IMG/VR virus record: IMGVR_UViG_3300037421_000079
Location: 1-63,866 of that record
Source: a virus
Taxonomy: Duplodnaviria > Caudoviricetes
Direction: 5' to 3' (one strand)
Length of the DNA stretch: 63,866 nt
The translations under genes were made by a program, and so were the position numbers. Under the pieces are notes generated by a model. It ran no database searches. It worked only from the letters and a program-made list of their open reading frames with translations, and had not been told where the DNA came from. Shown one piece after another: positions 46,174 to 55,217 of the stretch. Every line of letters starts with the position of its first letter. The stretch's first letter is position 1.

Positions 46174-46947
46174 ATGAAACGCTATCTACTCACTGGAATG
46201 GCCTTGCTGGCCCTAGTCGCGCCCGCCTATGCGGCCGATTTGCCGCCGCCTATCCTGAAGGCCCCGCCCATCGTGGGCTATCCCTACACCGGCTCTGGCG
46301 TCTACGCGGGCATCGGCGCCGTAGGGGCGGTCGCCAACGTCGGGACGGCCGACGCGCTAGGCAATACGCAGCTTGCCGCGCTTGGGGCCGCGCTCGAACT
46401 GACCGCCGGATATCAGTTCGGCCTTGGGGCCAATTGGGCGGCGGTTGAAGTCGGGCTGCAATACACAAACATTGGGGCGACGACCGTCGTTCCGGGCATT
46501 CTGCCGGGGTCTACGGCGGTGGGCTCCGTCAACTCGAAGTGGGGATTTGAGGAACGGGCGATGTTCGGCTTCCCGATCCAATCCGTCCTGGCAGTCTTGC
46601 CGAATCTCAACGTTGTGTTTCCGGGTTTGCCCGCCTTGCCGGCCGGCGTCACTCCCGCCAACACTACGCAACACCCGTACATCTACGCCTTCCTGCGGGA
46701 GGACGACGTGACAGCGGTCCTCGCCATGGCAAACGGAGCGGCGTCGTTCTCAGGCCAAGCTTGGCAAATTCAGCCCGGCATCGGTGCAGGCATTCGGCAG
46801 CAGTGGACAAATGGCCTCGTGGTCGACACGTCAGCCGGCTGCACCTTCGCAGGAACCGGGTTTACCCTTGGCGGGCCTCCTGGTATGGGTGGGGCCTCAG
46901 CCAATCTCGGGCGCGATTGCCGGGCAAAGGTCGGATTCCTGTACTGA
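46174..46947 (+). CDS. Outer-membrane beta-barrel protein (Omp25/RopB-like)
   Basis: Signal + AADLPP..KAPP..YTGSGVYAGIG; terminal aromatic (KVGFLY). Confidence 0.75.
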   Translation: MKRYLLTGMALLALVAPAYAADLPPPILKAPPIVGYPYTGSGVYAGIGAVGAVANVGTADALGNTQLAALGAALELTAGYQFGLGANWAAVEVGLQYTNIGATTVVPGILPGSTAVGSVNSKWGFEERAMFGFPIQSVLAVLPNLNVVFPGLPALPAGVTPANTTQHPYIYAFLREDDVTAVLAMANGAASFSGQAWQIQPGIGAGIRQQWTNGLVVDTSAGCTFAGTGFTLGGPPGMGGASANLGRDCRAKVGFLY

Positions 46948-47057
46948 TTATCCCCATCACTGTTTCGGCCCCCCGAACAGTGACAAACTACGGGCGCCAA
47001 ATCCCACGTTGGCGCCCGTAGCCATTTTGACAAATCTTTATTCGTTGGCTATATGGG

Positions 47058-47474
47058 TTGAATGCCGACGCGGACGCGATCAGGGTGAAGATGGCCCTCA
47101 ACTGGCGAGCATGGCGTCGCGGGTTCGGCCTATTCCTCGCATGGTCGGCCGTGATACTCCTGATCGCGTGGGGCTTGGCGTCGTGCAGCATGTGGCTGTG
47201 GCCGGCGGATGCGGCAGCGCGGCGCCAGTGCTGGTTTTGCTACGTGCCCCCGCATGCCGCTCGGCATCATCAGCATCGGCTGCGGCGTGACCGTCGCGAA
47301 GAGCCGGTGAATTGCGACCAGATACGCAAGGACTTTGGTATTCTTGCGGCGGACCCCGACCCTAAAAGATTGCCGGGTGTTGTAAGAAGCCTGGGCTCGG
47401 CGCGGTGCGCGGCAGTTGCCCAGTGCATCGATCAGAACGAGGCGATCTTTTGCCGCCCGAAAGACGCTCCATGA
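47058..47474 (+). CDS. Membrane-anchored Cys-containing protein
   Basis: TM helix followed by several Cys. Confidence 0.45.
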   Translation: MNADADAIRVKMALNWRAWRRGFGLFLAWSAVILLIAWGLASCSMWLWPADAAARRQCWFCYVPPHAARHHQHRLRRDRREEPVNCDQIRKDFGILAADPDPKRLPGVVRSLGSARCAAVAQCIDQNEAIFCRPKDAP

Positions 47475-47731
47475 GCGCAGTCAACGGGGTGCCCGGGAAG
47501 TGGAGCACGATCAACATAACGGTTGCGGCGTTGACCGCGCTCAGCGCAAGCCTCGTCATCATTACGGGCGTGGTGGCCTTCATCGGTGGAGCGATGATGT
47601 CGGCTGTGGATCGGCAGCACATCGAGGCGCTCCAAAGCAGCTACTACAGCTTGGCAAATAGTTTCACGGAAATGAAGGGCGACGTTAAACGCATGCAGGG
47701 CGACATCAGCGAAATGAGGCAGAAGAGGTAA
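47471..47731 (+). CDS. TM + coiled-coil protein
   Basis: Hydrophobic N-half, heptad C-half. Confidence 0.6.
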   Translation: MSAVNGVPGKWSTINITVAALTALSASLVIITGVVAFIGGAMMSAVDRQHIEALQSSYYSLANSFTEMKGDVKRMQGDISEMRQKR

Positions 47732-47733
47732 AC

Positions 47734-47934
47734 ATGGATCAGCTCGTCATTGCCGCACTCGCGGTGAACGCTCTGGCGACTGTCGGCGTGCTGCTCCTGG
47801 AGTGGAGAAATTCCCGCAACATCCAAACCATTCATCTCGCTACCAACAGCATGCGCGAGGAATTGGTCAAGGTCACCGCATCGGACTCGTTCCAGAAGGG
47901 CGAGGCGCATGAACGGGCTCAATCACGTCCGTAA
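47734..47934 (+). CDS. Small TM protein
   Basis: GAGG RBS; N-terminal TM; IHLATNS. Confidence 0.65.
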   Translation: MDQLVIAALAVNALATVGVLLLEWRNSRNIQTIHLATNSMREELVKVTASDSFQKGEAHERAQSRP

Positions 47935-47937
47935 TTT

Positions 47938-48072
47938 TCAGCGCCGCAACCCGGCTCCCAACAGCACCAAATAGACGCTCGCGGCGCACAGCAGCCCGAG
48001 GCCGACCGGGACGATCAGCGGCAGCAGCACGGCGACGTGGTGCATGAGGGCGTCGAGGTCGGCCGGTGGCAT
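47938..48072 (-). CDS. Small membrane protein
   Basis: Coupled; hydrophobic 44 aa. Confidence 0.5.
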   Translation of the reverse strand: MPPADLDALMHHVAVLLPLIVPVGLGLLCAASVYLVLLGAGLRR

Positions 48073-48410
48073 CACGACCCGTGCCTCGCCTGCACGGCCC
48101 TGGCGATCTCCCGGATGGACTCGGACTTGGCGAGCGCGTCCGTGACCATGTCGAGCAGCCCGTCCCCCTCCCGCCGGAACGCGTCGGTCACGACCTTCAT
48201 GGACGCCTGGGACGCCAGCGCGTGGTCGACCGCCCGCTGGGCCTCCTCGCGGAACGGGCGCCCCACGTCCTCGATCAGCTTCTCGATGTCCTGCTGGGTC
48301 TGCTGAGCAGTGGCCACCGCCCTGGCCGCCAGGGCGTCCAGCTCGTCGGCGGTGAGATAGTGCGAGTGTTTCGCGGCTGCCGCCACGGTGTCGGCTGTCA
48401 GGTCGTTCAT
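48072..48410 (-). CDS. Hypothetical helical protein
   Basis: Coupled ORF. Confidence 0.7.
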   Translation of the reverse strand: MNDLTADTVAAAAKHSHYLTADELDALAARAVATAQQTQQDIEKLIEDVGRPFREEAQRAVDHALASQASMKVVTDAFRREGDGLLDMVTDALAKSESIREIARAVQARHGS

Positions 48411-48724
48411 GCTTGCATCACCTTCTGACGCACCTCCGCCAGCTTCCTGGCTCGCTCAGCCGCCGACAGGCGGGGCAGCGGGAAAGCGATACGGCGGGCG
48501 ATCATGCGCTCAAGCAGGGCCAGCATCTGGTGCGCGTGCTCCACGTCCATCGGAGCCCCGCTGGGCTCCGTCCCGAGCGTCCAGCACCGCACCGTCGCGT
48601 GCGGGCGATCGAGCCAGCGAGCGAGGTCGGCAACCGTGAGGTTGCCGCCCCGCATCGCTCTCTTCAAGCGGGCCGAAAACGAGGCCCCGCCCGCCGAAGC
48701 CCTCTTGGGGCGAAGGCGGGTCAT
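48407..48724 (-). CDS. HTH DNA-binding protein
   Basis: LTVADLARWLDRPHATVRCW..G..P. Confidence 0.75.
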   Translation of the reverse strand: MTRLRPKRASAGGASFSARLKRAMRGGNLTVADLARWLDRPHATVRCWTLGTEPSGAPMDVEHAHQMLALLERMIARRIAFPLPRLSAAERARKLAEVRQKVMQA

Positions 48725-49833
48725 CTTCCGGCAGCCGGTCCGAACAGGCCGTCCAGCTCCCGGTCCAGATCGGCGCCGGGTGCCGCGCCGTCCTGCATGC
48801 CGAACTGGGGCTGGGCGCCGGTCGGAGGCTCGCTCGGCCGGAAGGGAGCAGCCCCGCCTGCGGCGGGCTGGCCACCGCTGGCAGCCGCCATCTCGGCAGC
48901 CGTCCTGCGGCGACGGCGCTGCCCGCCCTGCGGGCCGGGCGGGTCAGAAGGGGATGCAGCCTGAGCAGGGTGGGCGGCTGTCGTTGAGTGGGAAGGCATC
49001 GCCGCGTTGGTCGACTGGCTGACCGCACTCTGGGCAGATTCCCGCGGAGGCAAAGGGCGCGGCTGCTCCTGGGCCTGCTGCGGGGCCGGCAGGGCGGCTC
49101 CCGCGGGCGCCAGCGCGATCGGCTGGTCGTTGCGGCCCACCAGGTTGTCGGTGGCCTTGTCGGCCCGCAGCTTCTTCTGCACCCCGGCCATCGCCTCGTC
49201 GATGTAGTTGACGGCCGAGAAATTGAGGGTGCCCTGGCTGACGAACCAGATGCGGGTGACGACGTGCTCGGGGCCGACATCGCCCTTGAACTTGGCCAGG
49301 TACGCCTGCAGGTTAGACAGGCTGTTGGGCGGCACCCGCAGCAGGAACGCCATCTCGTCCCCGACCGGCACCACCGCGAGCTTCTGGTACTTGCCGCACG
49401 CCGGCACGCCCTTGCCGGACACCTTGCTGGTGGCCGAGCCCCACACGGCCCACTTGCAGCCAAACTGGCCGGTCGGGTCGGGCGTGCAGGTGCGCGCCTG
49501 CGGCTCGCCGGCCTGCCGGCTGGGCGCTACGCCGTTGTCCGACCAGCACTTGGGCGGCGGCCAGCTCGTCGCGTTGGGGTCGAACGCGGCCCCGAAGTAA
49601 ATCTTGGACTCGTGGTCGCCCACGTCCACGACGCAGCAGTCGAGGTAGACGCCGAGCTTGGGGTCGTGCGTGGTGACCTGCTCGTCGGTCCCGACCGCGT
49701 CCACGAGCGTGAAGCGGTTGCCCATCAGGCTGACGATGGGCGGGGAGCCGGCTCCGATGTTGGCGAGGGCACGCTGGGCGAGCCCGCGCGACGGGAGGTC
49801 GCGCAGGTGGGCGGGGAGCTGGTATTCGGTCAT
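48721..49833 (-). CDS. Putative ssDNA-binding/recombination protein
   Basis: PKCWSDNGVAP, GSATSK..GKG..AC, LRVPPNS; disordered tail ending in an acidic/aromatic patch. Confidence 0.55.
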   Translation of the reverse strand: MTEYQLPAHLRDLPSRGLAQRALANIGAGSPPIVSLMGNRFTLVDAVGTDEQVTTHDPKLGVYLDCCVVDVGDHESKIYFGAAFDPNATSWPPPKCWSDNGVAPSRQAGEPQARTCTPDPTGQFGCKWAVWGSATSKVSGKGVPACGKYQKLAVVPVGDEMAFLLRVPPNSLSNLQAYLAKFKGDVGPEHVVTRIWFVSQGTLNFSAVNYIDEAMAGVQKKLRADKATDNLVGRNDQPIALAPAGAALPAPQQAQEQPRPLPPRESAQSAVSQSTNAAMPSHSTTAAHPAQAASPSDPPGPQGGQRRRRRTAAEMAAASGGQPAAGGAAPFRPSEPPTGAQPQFGMQDGAAPGADLDRELDGLFGPAAGR

Positions 49834-49834
49834 C

Positions 49835-50296
49835 TTAGGCTTCTCCTGCTAGTTCATGGATGAGCTTGGCCGCCGCCTGGCGGTTGCCGGGGACGTTGTA
49901 CCAGCGATTCAGGCCGCTGGGGTGGGGGACGCGGTGCCACTCGGTGCCGAGGCACTCTCGGTGCGCGCCCAGGACCGGCACGTCGGCGGGGAGCCGCAGT
50001 GCCCGCCACACCTGCGCGCCCAGGACGATCGTAACGCGGCCCGTGGCGACTCGGTGGAACTCTGCCGCCGCCTCGCGCGCCGCCGCGGCGCTCCAGGCTC
50101 GTCCCGCCACCAGGTTGCGCCGGTCGTACGCGTTCAGGTAGTCGTGCGCGCAGTCGGCTTCCCAGCGCGCGTCGTGCTCGCACAGCATCGAGTAGATTCG
50201 GTGGCCGGTGCACCCGTCGGGCCACGGCACGAGCGCGTCGTCCGGGTTGCTCGACAGCGGGTTGTTCATGCCTAGGAGGATGGGCCTAGCGCTCAC
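49835..50296 (-). CDS. Uracil-DNA glycosylase superfamily protein
   Basis: LLGMNNP, TGHRI, RRNL, IVLG, VPHPSGLNRWYN. Confidence 0.7.
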   Translation of the reverse strand: MSARPILLGMNNPLSSNPDDALVPWPDGCTGHRIYSMLCEHDARWEADCAHDYLNAYDRRNLVAGRAWSAAAAREAAAEFHRVATGRVTIVLGAQVWRALRLPADVPVLGAHRECLGTEWHRVPHPSGLNRWYNVPGNRQAAAKLIHELAGEA

Positions 50297-50697
50297 GTCC
50301 GCCTCACGTTTACGCGCTGGAACCACCCGATGGTGACGCCGGGGGGCGGTGCGCCGGCATGGTCCTGCATGTACTGTCGCGTTGCCTCTTTCTGTATCGA
50401 TGCCAGCAGCATCTCGTTGCCGTAGGTGTCCCAGTTCTCGTTGACGAAGTCGAGGTACTTCTCGCGGTCCTCGATCTTGAGGTTCATGATGGTCGAGATG
50501 TAGGCGGTCCCCGAGTCGGCCCGCACGCTGTCGATCTTCTGCTGCAGCATGAACGCCTGCAGCTGGTCCTCGATCTCGGACAGCCGGTCCTTGGCGCCCT
50601 TGAGGTGCTCGCCGAACCGCTTGGTCTCGGCCTTGACCCAGTCATCGAGACGGATGTGCTCGGCCACGAGGGAGTCGGCGGTCGGTTCGTTGCTCAT
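50293..50697 (-). CDS. Conserved phage replication-module protein
   Basis: Coiled coil + DSVRADSGTAY...PPGV. Confidence 0.7.
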   Translation of the reverse strand: MSNEPTADSLVAEHIRLDDWVKAETKRFGEHLKGAKDRLSEIEDQLQAFMLQQKIDSVRADSGTAYISTIMNLKIEDREKYLDFVNENWDTYGNEMLLASIQKEATRQYMQDHAGAPPPGVTIGWFQRVNVRRT

Positions 50698-50879
50698 CGT
50701 CGCAGCACCGCTTCGACTAGCTGTTTCGCTTCTGGTTTAGCCGGCCAGCTTCCAGGCCAGATTAGTTTATACTCGTCGATCAGGCGCTCGCATGCCATAT
50801 CGACTGTCCATTTACAAAACTTGCATTGGACATAATCCTGATCTTTGCAGTGCTTTGGGCCAATACAATAAAATATCAC
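50694..50879 (-). CDS. Cys-rich small protein whose GTG start is rebuilt by the end of cassette B
   Basis: (V)IFYCIGPKHC...CKFC; original ATG at 51204. Confidence 0.6.
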   Translation of the reverse strand: MIFYCIGPKHCKDQDYVQCKFCKWTVDMACERLIDEYKLIWPGSWPAKPEAKQLVEAVLRR

Positions 50880-51195
50880 GTGCTTATCCGGTTGACACAT
50901 ACAGCCCTACATCTTGTGTCAGCGAATGCGCCACGCGATGACCATGCATCGCCAGCCCAGCCGCAGCATTTCTCTAGCGTTCATGCGGAATTGGACGTGA
51001 GTTTCGGGATTGAGGCTCGAAACTTTGAACATTCCGCCGCCGTAGCTGATTTTTGGGCCAGTAGGGTGCCAAAAAAGCGTCGCATCCTTCGGCCACGGAA
51101 TGTCATGCTCAGCGAAAGCGGCTCTGAGGTTTGCTTCCCGTTGCGTCAACATCTAGTGGGTCTCCCTGTTTGTGTGTGTCAACCGGATAAGCACG
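50879..51195. mobile_element. Non-autonomous IS1595-type cassette B (317 bp) with one passenger gene
   Basis: 21-bp IRs CGTGCTTATCCGGTTGACACA; 8-bp TSD AAATATCA at 50871-78 and 51196-203. Confidence 0.93.
50919..51152 (-). CDS. Passenger gene of cassette B (77 aa)
   Basis: GGGAG RBS lies in the conserved end; ORF spans the whole interior. Confidence 0.7.
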   Translation of the reverse strand: MLTQREANLRAAFAEHDIPWPKDATLFWHPTGPKISYGGGMFKVSSLNPETHVQFRMNAREMLRLGWRCMVIAWRIR

Positions 51196-51200
51196 AAATA

Positions 51201-52805
51201 TCATATCTCCCCCTTCCTGACCATCTCCAGCAGGACGCCCTGCATCGACGTGTTGGTCTCCAGCCGCCGGTATATCTCGCGCTCCAGGGGATTGCTGACG
51301 ATCTGGTATATCGTCGTCGGGTACTTCTGACCTGGTCGATGTACGCGCTTGTTCCCCTGTATCCACAACTCGCCCTTCTCGGTCGGCCCCGCCCAGATCA
51401 CTGTATCGGCTACCACGAACTCGTTGATGCCGTGCGCGGTGGTCTGAGGGTCACACAGGATAACGCGTATCTTGTCATCGTTGGCGAATCGCTGGATTAC
51501 ATCGGGTCTCTCCTTGGCGGGGATTGCGCCGTTGATCGACTCACAGCCCCATCGTTTCGATAATCGCATCTTCAAGATATTCAAGACGCTTGTCAAGGGG
51601 ATAAAAATGACCACCTTCCGGGTGGTGCTGTCAATGATGGCCTCGATCTCCCGCATGCGAGGCTCGGCGTCTACGGTGTGGTACGTATGATCGTCATCAT
51701 AGATCGCCCCGAGCGATATTTGCAGGAACTTGCCACGTGCCACCCCCTCGTTGACGGGGTCGATCGTCTTGCCCGACTTGAGGACGATTTGCAGGTCGCG
51801 CTTGAGCGTGGCCATCTGCTGCTTTTGCTCGGCTGTCAGCTCCACCGAGCGCATCTGCATCGTCATTTCTGGCCCTTGCCAGACTTGAGCTATGTCGAAT
51901 CGAATAGCCGGGATCAACAACTGACGTGCTGCCTCATACCCACCTTTTTTGGGGAACCAGCGAAACGAGAACTGATTGGGCTTGAACATTGTCTCTTGTT
52001 GGAATGTCTTGAATGACTTACCGTGTGCGTTGTTCATCAATTTGGCAAGTCCGTAGGCGTCGGTCGGGGCCTGTGGAGTGGGACTGCCGGTGATCTCCCA
52101 CAAATAAGGGCGCTTGCCGATGATCTCGCGCGCCAGGCGGTGCCGCTTGGTGCTGGCGTCGCTATAACCTGATGCCTCGTCGACGATTACCAGCTTGATG
52201 TCCTTGCGCTCGGCCAAGTCCTTGGAGAACCCATCGAGGTCGAAGCGCTTGCGGGTGTGTGCGCCCACGCCCACACCGTCAAAGTTGATGATCGAGAAGT
52301 CGGCCTTCTTGGCCAATAGCGTGCGGCGTTTCTCGGCCGAACCAGTGAGAATCTCGAACGATCGCTTTCCCAGAAAATTTTTCCACAGCGCCTGTGCCCA
52401 CACATCCTCCAGGATCGTGAGCGGCCCGATGATGAGCGCTCGAAAGTCCTTGCCGAAGCCGCGCATCAAGAAGTCGGCGGCCCACAAGGCAGAAAGCGTT
52501 TTCATCGTACCTGGATCGCTAAGGTTGAAACACCTTGGGTGTAAAACCTGAAAATTCGCCATCACCCGCTGGTGCGCCAGAGGCTTGCGGCCGGGCTCGA
52601 TCGGCCAGTCGTAGTTGGCGTCCGTCATCACGGGCGCGACCGGCAGGTCGAAGTGCCTGAGTATCTGGGAATTGCGCAGCGTGCGGGGCACAGCGATGTA
52701 CTGGCCGTTGACGGCCTTCGCCTCCGGGATCGCCTGCAGGACGAAGGGAGACTGGCTCTTATAGATGAGCAGATTCCGAGTCTGGTCGTGGTAAAAGTTA
52801 GACAT
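51201..52805 (-). CDS. SNF2-family helicase
   Basis: DPGTMKT, IVDEAS, TGSP, HGIN, QGNKRVHRPGQ. Confidence 0.92.
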   Translation of the reverse strand: MSNFYHDQTRNLLIYKSQSPFVLQAIPEAKAVNGQYIAVPRTLRNSQILRHFDLPVAPVMTDANYDWPIEPGRKPLAHQRVMANFQVLHPRCFNLSDPGTMKTLSALWAADFLMRGFGKDFRALIIGPLTILEDVWAQALWKNFLGKRSFEILTGSAEKRRTLLAKKADFSIINFDGVGVGAHTRKRFDLDGFSKDLAERKDIKLVIVDEASGYSDASTKRHRLAREIIGKRPYLWEITGSPTPQAPTDAYGLAKLMNNAHGKSFKTFQQETMFKPNQFSFRWFPKKGGYEAARQLLIPAIRFDIAQVWQGPEMTMQMRSVELTAEQKQQMATLKRDLQIVLKSGKTIDPVNEGVARGKFLQISLGAIYDDDHTYHTVDAEPRMREIEAIIDSTTRKVVIFIPLTSVLNILKMRLSKRWGCESINGAIPAKERPDVIQRFANDDKIRVILCDPQTTAHGINEFVVADTVIWAGPTEKGELWIQGNKRVHRPGQKYPTTIYQIVSNPLEREIYRRLETNTSMQGVLLEMVRKGEI

Positions 52806-53964
52806 TGAAAGCTGCCACGCGCCGTCGAATATCATCCTGTGACTTAGAATCATTCTCGGCTACGATAGTCCGAAATCCTTCTTCGTACGCCGCTTGTGCA
52901 GTTGTACCAGTGCCGCCAAAAGGATCGAGCACCACGCCGTTTGGTGGCGTCACTAGGCGCACGAGCCAGCGCATCAGCGCGAGCGGCTTAATAGTCGGGT
53001 GCTTGGAACCGCCGCGCTCTGCCTTGCTAGCCTTCGCGCAGTAATAAAAGCGATCGACGCCGACCAACTCGCGCCGCTGTCCCGGCAGCATCGCGAAATT
53101 AGTACCGCCGTGCTCGGTGTAGCGTGTATCGGCGGTAGCCTCGCCATCGCGAAAAGTATTGAAGAACCGTGCAGCGCTGCCCGCATCCCCGCGCTTAGCG
53201 AACGCCACGCGACCGAACTCGCCGTAGCACGCGGTGTTCTCATCACCCGTGCGCGATGGCTCTGTGCCGCGCACATCACCCTGCTGTCCCTTCGATTTAG
53301 GAAACCCACCCAAAACTTCGTCGCTGCCATCGTGCACGAGGTTCGTGGGCCAGCGACCAAGGTCCGTAGTACCAATCGCTTTTGAGGATTGCAACGAACC
53401 GTCGACACGACCCGAGAAAGCGTTACCAGCGTACTCGACACCATCGCGCAGCGGATGAACTTCTCGCTTCGGACGGCCTTGTGCTTCGACGCGACACGCG
53501 TCGATGTTCAGTGCGCCAACTCCGTGCGTCGCAAGATTATTTTCAAACGTACCATCGAGCGGTTTGCGAGCAAGCGCGATCGGCTCAGACGCCGGTTTGA
53601 GCGTCGTGCCCCACCCGTCCCACGTGCCATCGAAATTCTTGCCCTTCGGCATGCCCTGTCCGTGCAACCACTGCACCATGTCGAATATTTCGAAGCCAGC
53701 ATCTTCAATCGCGCAACCAAGACGGTGGTACGTGCGCGTTCCAGAAAAAGCCAAAAGATATGCGCCGGGTTTCATTGTTCTTAAAATTGCCTTCCAATAA
53801 AGAGCGCTTGGAACGCCGTGATCCCAGAGCTTGCCCATGAAATTTAAGCCGTAAGGAGGATCAGTAATGGTGGCGTCAATACATGCTGGACGCATAGATG
53901 AAAGCATCTCAAGGCAATCTCCTGGATATAGGTAGATGCGATTTTTTATGAGAATCTCAATCAT
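52798..53964 (-). CDS. Beta-class N6A/N4C DNA methyltransferase
   Basis: TDPPYG...HPTIKP...VLDPFGGTGTT. Confidence 0.92.
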   Translation of the reverse strand: MIEILIKNRIYLYPGDCLEMLSSMRPACIDATITDPPYGLNFMGKLWDHGVPSALYWKAILRTMKPGAYLLAFSGTRTYHRLGCAIEDAGFEIFDMVQWLHGQGMPKGKNFDGTWDGWGTTLKPASEPIALARKPLDGTFENNLATHGVGALNIDACRVEAQGRPKREVHPLRDGVEYAGNAFSGRVDGSLQSSKAIGTTDLGRWPTNLVHDGSDEVLGGFPKSKGQQGDVRGTEPSRTGDENTACYGEFGRVAFAKRGDAGSAARFFNTFRDGEATADTRYTEHGGTNFAMLPGQRRELVGVDRFYYCAKASKAERGGSKHPTIKPLALMRWLVRLVTPPNGVVLDPFGGTGTTAQAAYEEGFRTIVAENDSKSQDDIRRRVAAFNV

Positions 53965-54274
53965 TGCGGCAGTAGCTCGCGCGCCACTTCTCGATCTCGC
54001 TAATAACCTTCTCGGCCGTCCCCCAGAATGCCTTCCCGCCCGCGGCTGTCACCTCGGCCATCCGCCTGTACTGCAGCTTGGTCGGCTCCTTGCCGTCTCG
54101 CTTGACCTCAATGCCGACGAACACACCTTGCTCGCCGCAGACGGACACGCACGCCACGATGTCAGGAACACCTGACTTACCGTAGCCAGCCATCAGGGGC
54201 TTGAAGTACCAGGCACCTATTCGGTCGAGGTACTTCGAGATGTCAGCTTTTTCGTATCCCTCTGGGGTGCGCAT
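53957..54274 (-). CDS. VRR-NUC nuclease / resolvase
   Basis: TPEG...GVPDI...GIEVK...TKLQ. Confidence 0.85.
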   Translation of the reverse strand: MRTPEGYEKADISKYLDRIGAWYFKPLMAGYGKSGVPDIVACVSVCGEQGVFVGIEVKRDGKEPTKLQYRRMAEVTAAGGKAFWGTAEKVISEIEKWRASYCRND

Positions 54275-54534
54275 TTTTGTTCCTCGAATGCCGCTCGCAG
54301 TTTTTTCTGCATGGGTGTCGGATTGTCGCCCACCAGCTCTAATGCTCGCTTGAGGATCACGTCAGACCAGCGGCGCACCGCCGTCTCGGGCGAGTCGCCG
54401 ACCGCCAAGTTGGACGCCCGCCCGGCCTCGGCCAGCACCTGGGCCATCGCCTCGGCGTACTCGATGATGCCCCGCTGGGTCTGCACCACCTTGAGGTAGT
54501 GGGCGACCATGTCGTCGGTGAAGGGGCCGCTCAC
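54217..54534 (-). CDS. Hypothetical protein
   Basis: GTGA coupling with AGGAG RBS. Confidence 0.55.
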   Translation of the reverse strand: MSGPFTDDMVAHYLKVVQTQRGIIEYAEAMAQVLAEAGRASNLAVGDSPETAVRRWSDVILKRALELVGDNPTPMQKKLRAAFEEQKCAPQRDTKKLTSRSTSTE

Positions 54535-55217
54535 TGCTGGCTCCTGTTGTACTCGCAGTCGAGAACAGGACACCATTTGCACAGCGGCCCTTCGACCTTG
54601 TCGAACCACCCCCGCTCGCGGTCGCTCAGGATCAGGGCTACCAGCCGGTTAATCTCGTCCCAGGTGCGCGCCGTATCGGTCAGATCGTACGGCGGCCCCA
54701 GGCGGTTCTCGGCCAGCCACGCATAGCGGCCGACGATCTTCCGCAACTGCGGGAACTTGGCCTTCAGCAGGACCGCGCCGATCTCCAGCTCGAACGCGTC
54801 CTCGCGCGGCTTACCGGACTTCCAGTCGACCATGTAGGCGGTCTCGCCCTCGACGATCGGAGCGTCGATCTTGCCGCGGCCGTAGACGTTGTTGTCGAAG
54901 AACCCGGTGGCCTTGCCGTCACGCGTGATGCCCAGCTTGATCTCGGGGTGCACTTTGCGATTATCGAACGACGAGGCGAAGTGTTCCCAGGGCATGTCGG
55001 CCGGCAGCGGCTGACACTGGCGTCCCAAGCGCCGCTCGAAAGCCTTGTGCACGTCGTCGCCCCGCTTGGTAGCGGCGGTGCCGGTGAACGGGATATGCTT
55101 GTACACGTAGCGCTCGGCTGCCTGGTGGGCGCAGATGTCCCGGTACGTCTTCAGCATCGTGAACGACCAGATAAGCGGTCGGCGGTCCAGGAATGCCGGG
55201 AGTTCGAGAGTGTTCAC
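54531..55217 (-). CDS. PD-(D/E)XK (Cas4/RecB-like) exonuclease
   Basis: WSFT..C, G..VH, E, GKID, VDWKSGK, LCKWCPV..C. Confidence 0.88.
   Translation of the reverse strand: MNTLELPAFLDRRPLIWSFTMLKTYRDICAHQAAERYVYKHIPFTGTAATKRGDDVHKAFERRLGRQCQPLPADMPWEHFASSFDNRKVHPEIKLGITRDGKATGFFDNNVYGRGKIDAPIVEGETAYMVDWKSGKPREDAFELEIGAVLLKAKFPQLRKIVGRYAWLAENRLGPPYDLTDTARTWDEINRLVALILSDRERGWFDKVEGPLCKWCPVLDCEYNRSQQ

Noticed and set aside
54531-55217. CRISPR-Cas (Cas4-like gene)
   Set aside because: No repeat-spacer array or other cas genes seen; it is an ordinary phage exonuclease in a replication module.
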